Below are positions 1-13,150 of a stretch of DNA of 64,000 bases, one piece after another. The notes beneath the pieces were generated by a model. The model was not told the origin of the DNA and did not search any database. It saw only the letters and a program-made list of their open reading frames with translations. How positions within the stretch are numbered: position 1 is the first letter of the stretch; each line of letters opens with the position of its first letter. The DNA comes from Amphiscolops sp. MND2022 (taxonomy: Eukaryota): contig OZ076409.1 in the NCBI GenBank assembly GCA_964187785.1, forward strand, positions 18,538,001-18,602,000, read 5' to 3'. Made by a program: the position numbers and the translations under genes.

Positions 1-79
1 TTTTTTCTAAAGCTTGTGCCGTTCAAATCACACCCGGTACCAACAAATTATGATATAAAAACTGTGTAAATAGTATGGG

Positions 80-281
80 TGTTATAAATAAAAACTGCTA
101 GCTAACAATAATGTATCATGAATTTACAACTGTAAACTTTCAGAGCAACTTTCTGCAATGGATAGAACGTGTCGTTTCGACGACGAATATTGACTGGTAC
201 TTTGTTAAATAATTACAGTTTCAGATTCAATTGATTGTTGGCGCCTTTTCTGTTTTGTCTCAGCATAAGGCATCGACCACA
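80..281 (-). repeat. 3' LTR of Gypsy-A
   Basis: Shares blocks aaactgct.gcta.caataatgta, gcaactttctgcaatg and ctgttttgtctcagcat..ggc.t.gaccaca with 4825-4975; preceded by TSD atggg. Confidence 0.9.
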
Positions 282-290
282 CCTTCCCCA
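282..290 (-). promoter_or_regulatory. Polypurine tract of Gypsy-A
   Basis: Minus strand TGGGGAAGG lies immediately before the TG start of the 3' LTR. Confidence 0.8.
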
Positions 291-1099
291 CTACGGGTTA
301 AGGTTTGATAGGTTTAGGGTAAGCAAGTTATAAATACATATCTGTATAAATGTAGCGGTATAGAAATCAACTCAAGTTTTTTGTATGTATTTCAGATACA
401 ATGTTGAATGTTTCTTTAATGTTTTCAGTTTCACATTGTTTATGATTTATTCAATTATTTATCCATTTGTTTATTTGTTCTTGTGACATTTTCAAGAAGT
501 TGGGCATTTCTTCGAGTTTCTTTCGTATTTCTTCCGATTTTGTCTCGCTCGGTGTTTGCTCTCCGTGACCCTTCTCCTCCTCTTCTTCCTATAAGACAAT
601 TGTTTTTGCCCATACCAATTGTGTTTCTTTTTGGAGCGTTGACTTTGCCGGATCATATCGGTTGATCTTGGGAAGTCGATGGTTCGTTTATTGAGCTCCA
701 TCTCACTTCTGTCTTCTGCGTCCTTAAAAGCTGCAATTTTTCTTTCTAGAGAACGACTGTCTACTCTTTGCTTGTTCGTTCGGGGGCTACATGACACACT
801 GTGTGTTTTTACTTTCGCCACATCTCGCTTGGAAACCACTTGACGGCCGCGATTGGTGTCCAGCGTGAGGGCGAGGGCTGTTTCTTGGGTCATTGCGCCT
901 CTCTTCTTATTATATTGGGCTTCCATTTTTGTATTCTTTGTTTTGTCTCTCAAGAACACCGTTGAAGCGTCGTCCTTCGGGAAGTCGTCGGTGACAGTCG
1001 GAGGGTATTTTCATTTTCTAAACAGGTTTGTGGTTTTCCCGTAAGTAAATTCTTTATGGTATTTGGCTTACATCCAAACACCTTCTCAAACGGACTAAT

Positions 1100-1842
1100 G
1101 CTACTTGGACGCCGCGGCTGTTCGTATAGCAAATATTAGGCGTGCCAATCCAGTGTTTCACTTCTCAGTAACTATCGACGTTTCTGCTCTTAGCCGTTCG
1201 TTTATTGTTCAAATTATTTGCTGATTTTTCCGTTCCCACGACGGTCACAAACAGGGCATTCGATATGTTTGATAAAGATTTCTTTTTGCCGCGGAAATTG
1301 GTTGCCGGGTCGGTTCGAAATCTTTTTGGGATGCCAAATTGGGCTACAGGTCCTCCGCTGTAGGTTTCCTCGCAAACATGGCATTTGACCAGTCTGTTAT
1401 GTAATCAATTGCCACTATTGAGTACTTTTTATTTTCCGGTGTTTATTTGAACGGTACTGCGAAATCTAATGCTATCTCATCGTTAAGGTTATCCGCCGCT
1501 GGTACTTTTCCAAAATCTGATTGTGGAATACTTGTTTTTTAGATTTTCACCTACTTGCTGACATTGACTGCATGATTGAGCCATCAACGCTACATCTCTG
1601 TGAATCTGTGGCCACCAGATGTCCGCAACTGCTTGGTGCATAGCGCCGCGCCCGGGATGCCCCCAATGTAAGCTTCTAAAGATCGGCTTGCGAAGTTCCT
1701 CAGGAATAACTAGCTTTTCTTTGACGTGAATGAAATCATTCTGGTCGAGACTGAACTCTTTTAAACGCTGTTGCCATACCTTTGGTAACTTTCGTAATTT
1801 CTTCTCGTCGAATTCTTTCAACAAACTACTGACGGTTTGCAA
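1100..1842 (-). pseudogene. pol: Gypsy-A integrase (HHCC zinc finger + core), decayed
   Basis: ORF 1489-1842 has LHWGHPG...WWPQIHRDV...CSQCQ (HHCC); core continues downstream with frameshifts. Confidence 0.88.
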
Positions 1843-2279
1843 TAAGGAGTCGTGCTCATAAGTTCCAGCTATGAGATTCTCGCTGTTTCTCTGAATCCTA
1901 GATTTAGGCGGAATCTTTGAATTTTTATCAATCAGCGCAATCGTAAGAGATCTTTTTCGGGTGGTTTGATCGCAAGTAGTTGTAATTCATTGTCGTTCCG
2001 CTTTTTGAAAGTATCTTCAATTGTTTGTAAAATGAGTGCCGCAGCGTGACCAATTTCTTTCACACTTTTGCATTCCGTTGTGTCGTCCTCGCTTGTGATT
2101 GGTTGCCGGCTGTTGAGAGTTGCTTTCTGATTTGTTAGCACGCTTATCTTCATTTCTGAAAGAACATTTTTTGTGAACCAATCTTGCCATATTCTTTGAG
2201 CCTTTAGGAAGTTTTGTTCAATTGTTGGGTTTCGTGATAAGAAATCTGCTATACCTAGTGTGCGTCCGGGACCGAGTAT

Positions 2280-2540
2280 GTCTTGAAAATCATAGGGTAC
2301 CAACCTGTCAACCCACCTCGTGAGCCTACTAGAGTACGTTTTATTCGCCCTTTGTCCCTTTGGAGTTTTGTGGCGAGTGCTTTGTGATGCGACACTTTTT
2401 TAGGCGGTTCGCCGTAAACGTAGCTGCAGAAACACTCTACCGACCAGACAAGGGCGAGCAGTTCAAGTTCATTATTGAGTATTTTGACTCTAATTCAGTT
2501 CAAAATTGTGATGCGATGTGAGTTAGCATTGTGACTCTCT
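2280..2540 (-). pseudogene. pol: Gypsy-A RNase H remnant
   Basis: Manual translation gives SKYS/NELELLALVWSVE, DHKAL and RLTRWVDRL, followed by GIADFLSR in ORF 1932-2303. Confidence 0.8.
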
Positions 2541-2671
2541 TTAGTTCTCTATATATTTGTTCGAATGCATCCTCGTGTTCTTTTCTCCACTTCCAAATGT
2601 TATCAATATTTTAGTAGTGATCTGAAAGGAAAACATATTTTTTCGAGGTCGGAGAAAAATTTATCTATTGA

Positions 2672-3290
2672 TTAACTGTCCCCAAGTATGACCTTAATTT
2701 CTTTCAGGTTTGTGGGTTTCAATCGTTCTGAAATTCCTTGAACTTTGCTGTTTATTGGCTCTACACCTTGTTGTGATAGTTTGTTTGCGACCCACTCAAT
2801 ATTTTGCTTCGCAAAATTACATTTGTTTAATTTCAAGTTGATGTTTGCTTCGTCCAATCTCTCCTGTACCTGCTTTACTTTCTCAACGTGTTCTTCTTCA
2901 GTTCCATGCCTAACTATGAGGATGTCGTCTGTGGATGAAAAAGTGTTTGAAATACCTGCAAGAGTTAGATCCATTAATCTCTGGAACTCAGTTGGCATTG
3001 TTGTGAGTCCATAGAATCCTGTCACAAATTTGTGTACCCCTGTTGTTTCGCCGCAAACTATTTGGACGTTACACTATCTGGAGGTATTTGTGTTGAGTTA
3101 CACTTGTCCATACGCGTATGTCATATCCAATGTGAAGAAAAATGTTTTACCGGGTCCTCTACCAACGTTTGCAGCAATCATGTTCATGAGGTTGTGCAGA
3201 TTCGGCATTGAATATTTGTCTTTCACAATATTTTCGTTCACTTTTCGTGCATCCAACGCATTTTTTACAGGTGTATCTTTTTTCACTGTG
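2672..3290 (-). pseudogene. pol: Gypsy-A reverse transcriptase, decayed
   Basis: LDARKVN...KDKYSMP, FFTLDMTYAYGQV, FYGLTTMPTEFQRLMD, STDDILIV (YxDD box), LKLNKCNF. Confidence 0.92.
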
Positions 3291-3501
3291 ATAACTGTGG
3301 GCTGCAGAAAAACGTCTTCTTTGGTTTAGCCTACATTGACGATGTGACCTTCCTCCAGTAGCCTGTTGACTTCTTTCTTCACATATTCTTGTAGCTGAAT
3401 GGGTGCGCGGCAGCCCTATTGTTGTTTCACCACCGCACCTTCGTGTAATCTGGCATGAATCTAATGATGTTCCGTTCTGTCCTACCTCTTCTCTCAAAAG
3501 T

Positions 3502-3804
3502 TTATAGAGTTATTAACTTACTCTTTATTTTGGGTTCAATGCTGTACTGTAAGTAGTTTAGCCAGTCCCTCGCAACTATGGATTTTGGCCCAGGGCGTGT
3601 CACCAAATTTCTTTCTTTTCGGATGTATCTTCTGCCCACCTCCAGTTCGCAAAAATGTAACCCAACAAGTTCACGTGTCTTTAAATTGAAATCAACATAC
3701 TTCTCATCTTGTGGTAGTTGACGACCGAATAGTACATTGTACTGCAGGATCTTTTGAAGTTCGTAATGGCTGATTATGGTGACTGGTGATGCCGAGTTGA
3801 ACAT
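3502..3804 (-). pseudogene. Gypsy-A aspartic protease remnant
   Basis: NSASPVTII (degenerate D-T/S-G/A site) and IVARDWL (LLGRDWL-like), located between gag and RT. Confidence 0.7.
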
Positions 3805-3989
3805 GAGGCAATTTTTTCCAATTTCTTTTTCTTCTCATCATAAAGGAGGTGAGCCACTGCCATCAATTCTCAATACGTATTGTTCTATTGTTTTTCACTT
3901 TCCTCTTCGTCTTCCTTTTCATGTTGTTCTACTTCAATCCAATTCACCCGGCGCTGCGGTTCGCGTTGTTGGTTCTGGTTGGTATCTCT

Positions 3990-4824
3990 TCTGCAAACCT
4001 AACCAAAGTGTCCCATCATACCAACATTGTTACATAGTTTACCTTTTGCGCGGCAAACGTTGGAGTGATCCATGATGAAATTTTGCATCTCACTTCTGAG
4101 ACAGTCCTTGTTTTTATTTATTGCGCATACTGGTTCGGTTTTTATTTCCGGTTTTGTTTCTCCATATGACTTCTGCCGCAGTGTTCTTTCCTCGAAAGCT
4201 ACGGCAAAATCCAAAATAGTCTTTTGGCGCTGATTTGGGTTCAGTTCAGAGTCTTTCCTGTACTGCGAGATTTATCACGTTGAGTATGAAAACATCGTTT
4301 ACTAGACTTTCGGTTTGTGTTCCAAAATCACACTCCGCCACCAACCCCTTTGTGTATGACAAAAACTGTTCTATTGTCTCAGCTTGCATCTGTTTTCTGG
4401 ATAAATTTAACACGATCGAGGGTTCGATTGCGTTTAGCATCAAAAGTGTCTTTGCAGTTTGTCATCAGATCTTGGAGTGATATCTCTGCAATTTTGGCTG
4501 TCGGAAATTTGTCGGTAAAGGTTTCTCTCGCCGCAGCTCCCAAAGAAAGATAAAGCACGTGGACGCACTTTTTCTCGGCTACAACATGATCCAAGTTGTT
4601 AAGCAGAGCTTTATTTCTATCTGCTTCGTTTGTGACCACTTTGAGAACTTCAGTGATGGATATAGAATATTTTGCTGTCATCGCGACAGCAAAAAGGTCG
4701 CTCCATTTTCGCCACTCCACGCTGGGCTTTTTCTGATGGTCACTCCAGTAGGAGGACAACCCCGCAACGGCGGAACTTCCGTTTTTTGTGTTGTTTTCTT
4801 CAAGTTCGTTTTGTCGCAGCGCCA
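3990..4824 (-). pseudogene. gag: Gypsy-A gag with CCHC knuckle remnant
   Basis: YWSDHQKKPSVEWRKWSDLF N-terminus, LVAECDFG...LVNDVFILN capsid-like segment, CNNVGMMGHFG knuckle. Confidence 0.82.
4813..4824 (-). promoter_or_regulatory. Primer-binding site of Gypsy-A
   Basis: TGGCGCTGCGAC directly follows the LTR-terminal AACA; TGG is complementary to tRNA CCA. Confidence 0.75.
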
Positions 4825-4975
4825 TGTTTCATATGGAAACTGCTGGCTATCAATAATGTAATATGAATTAACAACTATAAACATTCAAGGCAACTTTCTG
4901 CAATGTATAAAACAAGTGTCGTTTCGATAAAACAGCGCTTTCTCTGTTTTGTCTCAGCATGAGGCCTTGACCACA
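4825..4975 (-). repeat. 5' LTR of Gypsy-A (about 50 bp shorter than the 3' LTR)
   Basis: Homologous to 80-281; followed by TSD atggg. Confidence 0.88.
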
Positions 4976-5489
4976 ATGGGCTACAGGTAAAACGAATAAT
5001 CAGATTTCGAAAAAGTAGGCTGCTTCAAAATAGCGCTAGGTTATTTAGGGTATAAAAAAGGAAGCCGTTCTTCAGTTGAAGTTATAGCGATGATTGTAAT
5101 TATGTTAAGTAACTTTACTCCACAATTATCGAAAGATATGAAAGAAAGAGTTTGTTCCAATTGAATAGGGGAAACTTACAGTTGATTTATTTCAAAATTT
5201 TCAATGCAACCTTTAGCTTTATGCAGCAGTTATGAAATGCTCTAATACAAAACTAGATCAAAGGTTCTTCATGGAGCAACAGACTGCTTTGTCCATCAAT
5301 TGTTTTGCCGGTGCTTTTCCTCAGAAAAGAGTCGACTATAGTCATGGTTTTTCGTCAGAGTTTTTTTTCGATACACCTGAAGTGACCGAAATAGTTCTAC
5401 CAAAGGTCCTACAAAATTTTTAATTGGACCTGTTGGCCCAGGAAACTGAACCAAAAAGGTTTTACTTACAATACAGGGCGTGACTAAAG

Positions 5490-5630
5490 GGTCCCCCCTC
5501 TCAGTTTTTTTCGACATTGTGAGACTTTTTTTCTTTTTTTTTCATTTCACAAATACTTTGACGCTTTGAAGTCCTTTTGTTATTTTTGAGCTTTAGATTT
5601 GGCGCCGACTTAGGTCGGTCCTGGATTGTT
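5490..5630 (+). repeat. Dispersed repeat family (…ctttgaagtccttttg.tatttttgagc.ttagat.tggcgccgact…), copy 1
   Basis: Near-identical core recurs at 62871-62921 (+) and 63624-63674 (-). Confidence 0.75.
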
Positions 5631-8482
5631 TCATTTTTGTTCAACCATTCGCGTGTTTGAGCCCCTAGAAGTCTCCGATTATAAACATTTGTAAAGTTTA
5701 TACTCCGAGTTTGTTACAAGAATAGCCAAATGAACTAAACTATTATTGTCAAAGTTCCAAAATATATCAAATGTAATACAATGTTTCATTTAATCACTTT
5801 AAATTATTGAATAAAACTGATTATCATTTCATTGTCAAATGCTCTGAGCTTCATTTGATATCATTTCTGAGCTTTATTTGTTGATATCTGGCTAATCGAC
5901 CTCCCTGATTTTACAGAAACTGAAAGTGAACTGAAGCGAAGTCAAAAATTCAAAAAACTAAAAAACGATATTTTGGAAATGAAAGAAGTTCTCAACAATG
6001 AATTAAGCGCGTGAAACCTCAATTAGCCAATGAGACTTGTTTATTGGCTCGCTTTGCGCGTGCTATGTTGCTTTTAATAATATCACTACTTTAGTGCTCA
6101 AATAAGTTGCTGGAACTTTTTAAGTGACCTCTCAAAGGTTTTTAGCTGTGTAGGAGTATAAGAAGAGCTAAGTATTGGAGAACGAAACCAGAGTTCCTGG
6201 TTTCTTTGTTACAAGTCTTGAACAATTTGAGTTTATTCCACTTGAACGACATGGCTACGAAAACTACCTGAAACTAACTCAAACAATGAGAATTTCTCGT
6301 TGAGAATTGCTGCTGCTCACGATGAGTAAATATGCCTCCTAAATATTTTGACAAATCTGTTTATGCACCGTGCACAGTAATGAAACGGAAGTTTCTTCAC
6401 TTGATAAACGGTAGTTCTTGTTGCATGTCAAAATAACTGAGCGAAGCAAATTTGTGATCGACAGAATTGCTATTTACTATTTCTAACTCGAGTCTTCAAA
6501 AGTCGTTGACAATCTTTCGAAACTTCAAGATAGCTTTGTTGATGTTTAGCATCTGAACTCAGTTATGTAGCAGCGAATTATATCATCATTACCTAATTGT
6601 TATCTGACTCTACAGTGGACTCTTTTTTCTATCCAAGGCATAAGCAATTGGAAGTCGTAAAATATTTTGAACAAGGAGTTTAAGCAAGACCATTGCATAT
6701 ATTCCCTCAACGCTCAAACATTAGCTATCCTTTGCCACTTGGACATCGAAACAACTCAGGCTTTTCCTAATCTTTCGAAATGCCTTTGGAAGAACCCCAA
6801 TTTGTGAAGACAACCCTAAACAGTGCCAATGATTCCGTTCTCTCTTCTGGTGAAATGATCAAGTTTGGAACCTCGAATGGTGCCCCAAAAAGTTTCAATT
6901 CCTCTAGTTTTGCCTTTCTATATTCCGACCCCTTCTTTGGGACAAACAATTGCTGTAGCGTTCAATCAACTTTTTGGGTGGACCAGAAACTCAGAAAAAG
7001 TGACTCAACTATATTTCATTTCTGCTTTAAAATAGTGTGCAATGGATTTCTTGCTTCCCAAAAAAATTGTAAAGGTACAACTAGGTCACCAAAGGTTGAC
7101 GCACAGTAACTTGAAATTTATTGAAATCAGTAAACATGAAACGCAATTTTTGAAATTCGTTTGAAGAAAGATGCCGTGACAGGGCATATTTTCCCAACTT
7201 GCATTTCGCACGGTTTCTCCCATCTCAAAAAAATCATGAGTTTGAGGTTAATTTCATGTATAAATTTCACAAGAAGAAATAGTTGAAAAAAGTCGGCAAA
7301 AATTCTATTCAGCAGCGAATAACGAAGTTTCTTGTAGTCGGTTCATTTAGATAATGTAAGCCTTCGTTTCGTTCAATGAATACTAAAAGCGACAGTGCAA
7401 TTGGCCGAAATTATGTCCAGAAGAAACTATAGTATTTGTCTTCCTTGGACAGTTCTGTCTTGTCCATAGCTAAGATGTCAATATTTCAAATGCCATTTCT
7501 GGGAATTGTTGTTCATTAGGCGCAATAATTACTTTAAATGAAAAAAGTAGGGTTAATTTCTGGTCTGCTTCGAAAAATGCTATCGTATACAAAAAATTGT
7601 ATTCAAGTTTTTGGGAGAATGGGAAAACAGCAGGTGTGCGTAAGCCCAGTTTTTTTATTGATATCTCACTTAATGTCTTACATTTTTTATTGAATAAATG
7701 TATTTATTTGTAAAGAGAATTTATAAATAATTTTAGTGATGTGACGAAACTTCTCAATCAAATTATTATTTCTTGATTGCTGCCATTTGAAAAGTTGCTT
7801 ATTGTTGTATTCTAAGGCTATCCTAAAATAAAACACAGTTTAGAAGCACTCTGAATTTTGTATGACTGATTCGTATTAAGGTTTATGCAAACTATATTAT
7901 AAATGTATACAAAAAATAATGATAGATCAAAAGTCTTTTCAATTCAAGTTTGTTGGTAAACAACTTGCTAAGTGTTTACACCGATGCTCTGTAAGGTTCA
8001 TTCGGGATCAACTGTATTACACTTATTTGATCCTTGAGTGGAGTTTTGTTTCAGTTGATGTAAAAAGATTTCTATCAACTTCTAGGTTTTTGTTCTTACT
8101 TTAATTAGTAGTTGTTGCCATAATTTGTCCAAATGTCAAATGTACTTCAATGTCAAAGCAATGACTAAGATTAAAATCGTTACCGCCCTTGTTTTCCCAA
8201 TTTTAAAGGAATTTCTGATTCAAACACTGTGCGGGAAAGTGATTATATTGATCACTAAATAAAGAAACCTGAATAATCTTTAGCTACGTTTGGTATCATT
8301 GAAATTTTAACAACTTTCAGACATAATGAACAACTTAAGAATTCCCAACGAGGGGCGTATCAAGGAACAAGCTCACCGGGTGTATGAATCTTTTGAAGAG
8401 TCCAGAGTCATAAAACTACAATTGGAGTATTTAGTTTCGTTTCATCTCATTGAAAGTATTCACAAATAGTGAGAAATCCGAG

Positions 8483-8769
8483 ATAGCTCTAAGTACTCGA
8501 AAAAAGAATTCTAGTCAAACATTGACTAATTTAGGCTTTATACACATTACGGAATTGAGCCAATTGTAGGTTGAAATTCTTGACTGGTTTCCACTTTTCT
8601 CTAATTACGCTCAATGACCACAATCCGCAATTTCTGATTACACTGTGCATCACAATTCACGATGAACACATTGCACTGTTTGATTAAAATACGGTTCGTT
8701 CTCGTTTTACGGAAAATACACTTTACACTTGAAGATAAACTCCTTTTTTGCGGCATATGTTTCGTAATG
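8483..8769 (-). mobile_element. Truncated copy of the CACTA/EnSpm-like TIR element (one end only)
   Basis: Reverse complement of ~48660-48950; ends in TIR ttgcggcatatgtttcgtaatg at 8769. Confidence 0.85.
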
Positions 8770-8843
8770 TCAACCATGTCGATTCATTGAATAATCGAAA
8801 GTCATTGATGTCACAATAGTTCTTTGAGGAAAATTCATTAACA
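8770..8843 (-). repeat. Start of BEL/Pao 3' LTR, cut by the CACTA-like element
   Basis: Minus strand TGTTAATG begins right after purine tract GAGGTGGGAG (8844-8853). Confidence 0.65.
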
Positions 8844-8979
8844 CTCCCACCTCGTTTTCCGGTATAGGAAAATTCTTTCAGGTAGGGCAAACTTTTGGGA
8901 CCTGATGATGATCTTTGTGTCGCCTTAGTCGAATGCTGGGTGTGAGAGTCTTCTATGATGAGGTGAGGTGACTTAGCAG

Positions 8980-9660
8980 GTGAGCTGGTGTGTGTGTGTG
9001 TTCTTCCTTGATGCGTTCTGAGGTAGCAACTCCTGACTTCATCATCTGGACATCGAATAGTCCGTTCAACCAAACCAATTGGCCATTGACCTCTCGGGCT
9101 GTTGTTTTGGAGTATCCAGACCACATCTCCTTCTTTCCATTGGTCAAAACGCTTGTGCCATTTCTACCTCGTTCGAAGCGTTGGTATGTATTCCTTCAGA
9201 AGACGTCTCCGAAACTGTTCTAAACATTCTCGTCATTGCTTCCGCTTGGGTTTTGTTTGTTTCGAATTCACTGCTGCTATTTCGGGTGTTGCGGGTGGTT
9301 GTAGAACATGTTGAAGGCTCCCTCCACAAGACCAAATACAGTTGGAAGCACTCATCATTGAGTCGTTTCGATCCGACAATGCTGTATGAAATTCGCTTGC
9401 TCATTTCTATCATGCGTTCCCAAACACCTCCTCCATGAGGAGTTCCAGGAGGGATGAATCTCCAGTCGATTGAACGAGTATATACACGGCGTGCAAAGTC
9501 ATGAAGTATGTTCGCTGCTCCCTGAAAATTAGTTCCATTGTAGCTGTATATGACTAGTGTATTTCTTCTCCGGCTGCCAAAACGGTCAAATGCCATGAGA
9601 CATTTTTCACGGCCTAATTTCGTGACCAGTTCCAAATGAACTAACACCTAGACAGGTGAG
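8980..9660 (-). pseudogene. pol: BEL/Pao integrase core and C-terminal domain
   Basis: ORFs 9144-9647 and 8723-9124 carry the BEL integrase and RGQWP motifs. Confidence 0.88.
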
Positions 9661-10099
9661 GAAGCAAATGTATCTTTGTATAGGTTTCTCACCACTGAAT
9701 ACTTCGAATATACCGCAATAATCAATACCAACGTTCAGGAAGAAAGTCTTTGGCCTGCTCGGTAGTTGACGTTGTTGACGGAACTTCAGAACAACTGTGG
9801 CTTTGATAATCCAGAACTGCTGCTGTGAAACAGAACGTTAATGTTCAACTCCAATGTGTCCTTTTCCGTGCTGGTGTTTGTTGATCAATTATCAGATAGG
9901 ATGACGCGCATCCAAAATGATTGGAAGTAGCAAGTTTTTTGAAACCGGTGCATTTTGTAACCTGCTCATTGGACGTAGTGTATTTTCGGCGTCTAGGAAA
10001 GGGCTGAAGTTGAGTATTGGATTTTTTGGGCTGACACTTCGTCTTTGCTGTAGCTCATCAATTTCTTTTGAGGAAACTTCGTCCGCTTATCGCTTCAAA

Positions 10100-11340
10100 A
10101 GAATGTTTTATGCTGTTGTGTTGATTTCTGCGGCTGTCTGCTGAAACTTTTTCTTTTTGTTACGAACATTGAAGGTGACTCGAGTTGGTGCTAAAAAAAT
10201 TCCCCACGACAAAACTCTTGAATTTCCGATCAATCTGGGTTTTGGAATGCTATTGCAGTAAAGACAGGATAGAGTCGGTAAAGGCTCTGTGGGAATCGGT
10301 ATACTGGTTGGCTGGGTTGGCCAATGTTCCTCAGTTAGAAGAAGGAAAAGGGGACCTGTGAACAAAGAAGAATCTTGAAGTTCACTGGCGGGCGGTCCTT
10401 TAGTTCCTTAGTCTACAGTGTTGTATTTTGTCGAAACATAACTCCATCCGTTTTTCGACTGTGTTCAAGGATATCGTAAGTGCGGTTGTGTATGAACATT
10501 TTGTGTTGTTCTTTGTTTTTATTGTAAATCCAACCAAAATCCCTCGTGCTGTAGTTCCAGTATGCTGTTTGATCTATTCGTAAATTTAGTTCTTTGTAAC
10601 GTTTCTTTCTGAGACGGCTGGCATAAGCAGACGCTTGAAGTTCCAGCTTAGGGATCGTTTGTTGCTTCAAACGGGCTACACGTGTTTTTCCGAGAAGGGA
10701 AAACTAATCTCGCTTTTCCATAAACTTATCTGATTCATTAATAGGCGGATATTGCTGTTGCTACTTTTGATTCATCGCAAAAAATGTGGAGATGGTCGTT
10801 GCTGTTTAGTGTTGGTCCGATGTATTATGGAACTTTGAAGTGTGCAAGTTGTGGCATATCTCTGAATGTTCTTAAGGTGGTCTGCTTTGCTTCTTCTTCC
10901 AATGGTTGATCCCACATCTGACAATTTTTCCAAATGACTTGTAGTTGAATCCTCATTGTGGTTGTGAAGGCCGATGTTAATCCAAAGAGGTCAAAATTGT
11001 TTGAGACTTCCGCTGAGTCCTGAATGTTTTTTCGAAACAATCAATTTTGGGTATGATATCTGTACTCCGATTGAGTTTTAAAAAGTGCTCCACTTGAAAC
11101 CTTGAATTCTTTCAGTGTTTTCGTGATAGAATAGTCTGTCATTTGGGGTTTCTAAAAGTTCTGCTGGCAATTTCTGACAAAAGGTGTAAGATTTTTGGAT
11201 TTCAGTAGCTTTAACTGTTTGTTGAGAATAGATTCGCTACAACACAATTGAACCCGTAGGTACCATGCACGATACAAGGACTTGCGGAGTACCTACATAA
11301 TGTTTTATTATTTCCGAAGACGAGACGAATCAACTGAATC
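10100..11340 (-). pseudogene. pol: BEL/Pao RT/RNase H fragments
   Basis: FGN...SASPCIV, FDLFGL, WDQPL, TIPKLELQA, FTGPLFL in successive broken frames. Confidence 0.75.
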
Positions 11341-13150
11341 GAAAGCGTTGGAGGTAAGTGTGAGAAATCACGATCTTTCACAACTTTGCAATCTTGCCTT
11401 CTTTCGAGGGGGTTTGTCTTGCAACTTCTTAGCTGTTTTGAGTGTCTTTTCAAAGGCAAAAGAAAACAGTTTGAAAGTTAAATATTATTCATCAAATAAA
11501 TGAGGCGATTAATAGACACCAGCACAATTTCACAACCACGAATGATAGAATGAATAAAATGAGAACATCGATAATAGCGGAGATTTTTACGGATTATAAT
11601 AGGAGACACTAAACGCAAGAGAAAAATAAACAAAGGTGTCAGCAAGGTTTGTTTTGGGTTATCCGTGAGGATAGGGTACAATATCTGAAAGATATCGAAT
11701 GAACCAACTCTCCGCACAATTTCTTTATTGGTCTTGGAGTGAAAGCAATTTCCGAGTTTTCAAAGCCACTTAGCCTGTTCAGTGTATTCTAAGCCTACTC
11801 AGCCTGTTCCGTGTATTTTAAGGCTTACTTAGCCTGTATGAAATGCGACAGACCAGCTGCAGCTGTCAACCGCGCTGCCGGGTCGAGTTTCGTACGAGGG
11901 ATGGCGGAGTAGCAACGACTCTGCCTGCTTCAGGTGGCTAGGCTGAAGGCACGGGCTAAACGGCCAAGCTAAGTAAATCTGCAATTTCGATCGGAATGCT
12001 ATCCGTAATGCTATCGGACACAAAGTAGCAAAAAATTCTCCAGAATTCAACCCACTTTGTTCGCTTTCATAATGGCGCATACTTAGGCCAAAGTTTGTTT
12101 TTCTGCAGTTTAGTCATCTAAGTTTCGTATTTCCTCATCATTCTTTTTTTGGTGCCTGTCTGAGTGTTGAGTAAGAGAGTTTTACCTACTTCGGTACTGA
12201 GAATTCATCAAAAGTACATTTTCTCATCACTATTAGGGCTGATGTAAGTTTCTGTGAATCATGACTAGTTGTTTTACTTCTTTTTCAACCAGATTTTGGG
12301 GGAGGTATCACTGACTCAATTTTTCCACTTTTGCAAACACGACATTAACATCGGCTTCATGATTGACAATTGCATTTTCAGTCAGGTCCTTTTTTCTCAC
12401 ACAACACCTGACATCGCTTTTCAGCAATACATGGTGAAAGAAAAAGTTCCAAACAATTTACAATGACCTAAAAGGCCATTTTATATCACATCCCAAGAAG
12501 ACGATTTTCAACTTACACACTCTGAGTGCAAGAACTAGGTTTTCTAATCATTGAGGGTCAAATCTAAATACACCAAAAAAGAATTCTGAAGGCAAAAATA
12601 TGTTTGTTATCTTTGGCTTTCTAGTTCGACTCCTTTACCGTGAAAAACGCCCTTGTAGTTAGGTAGTCAAAAATCATGTACCGGAGTTGCAAAACTCTCC
12701 AACTTTGGAGGGGTCGTATTCCTTCAATTTGCAAAGTACCGCGTGGGGCTTTTAGTCGTCGTTAGCCCAAATTTCAGAAGTATAATGCACTTTAGATGAT
12801 GTCTCTATTTTCTCTCAACAACATTTGTTAGCACGTTTTCTGGAAACAGACAATTTATATATTTTGGTGATCTGACCTTCAACTTCAGAGATCAACATCT
12901 CAAAACCAGGTCGTTTTTGGGCAAAACGCTCCAGCTAAATGCTGTACGCCATACTCTAGTGCGTCTATCCGGAAAGTTTCAGCTCGTTTTCGTCCTAAAC
13001 GTGCAGGGGAGGTTTTTAACGTTCGCTGGCTAAGAATTCAAAAACTACTGATTTCAATTTTTATTCCCACTTACTCCAAATTAGGCATATCATTTATCGT
13101 TTTTCAGGCTATATTCGAAACTTTTTGGACAGTTGTAGCTATCACATAAA
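11340..13150. other. Unidentified ~1.8 kb interruption of BEL/Pao pol
   Basis: BEL-like frames stop on both sides; contains a ~30-bp tandem repeat (11767-11840) and no recognisable pol motifs. Confidence 0.45.

Larger units (their letters stand above)
80..4975 (-). mobile_element. Gypsy-A: structurally complete but decayed Ty3/Gypsy LTR retrotransposon
   Basis: Two homologous LTRs with TG...CA termini (80-281, 4825-4975), identical 5-bp flanks ATGGG (75-79, 4976-4980), PBS and PPT adjacent to the LTRs, and gag-PR-RT-RH-IN order on the minus strand with frameshifts and stops. Confidence 0.93.

Noticed and set aside
6300-7200. Possible decayed DNA transposase
   Set aside because: Slightly coding-like, but no DDE or zinc-finger motif and no termini could be recognised.
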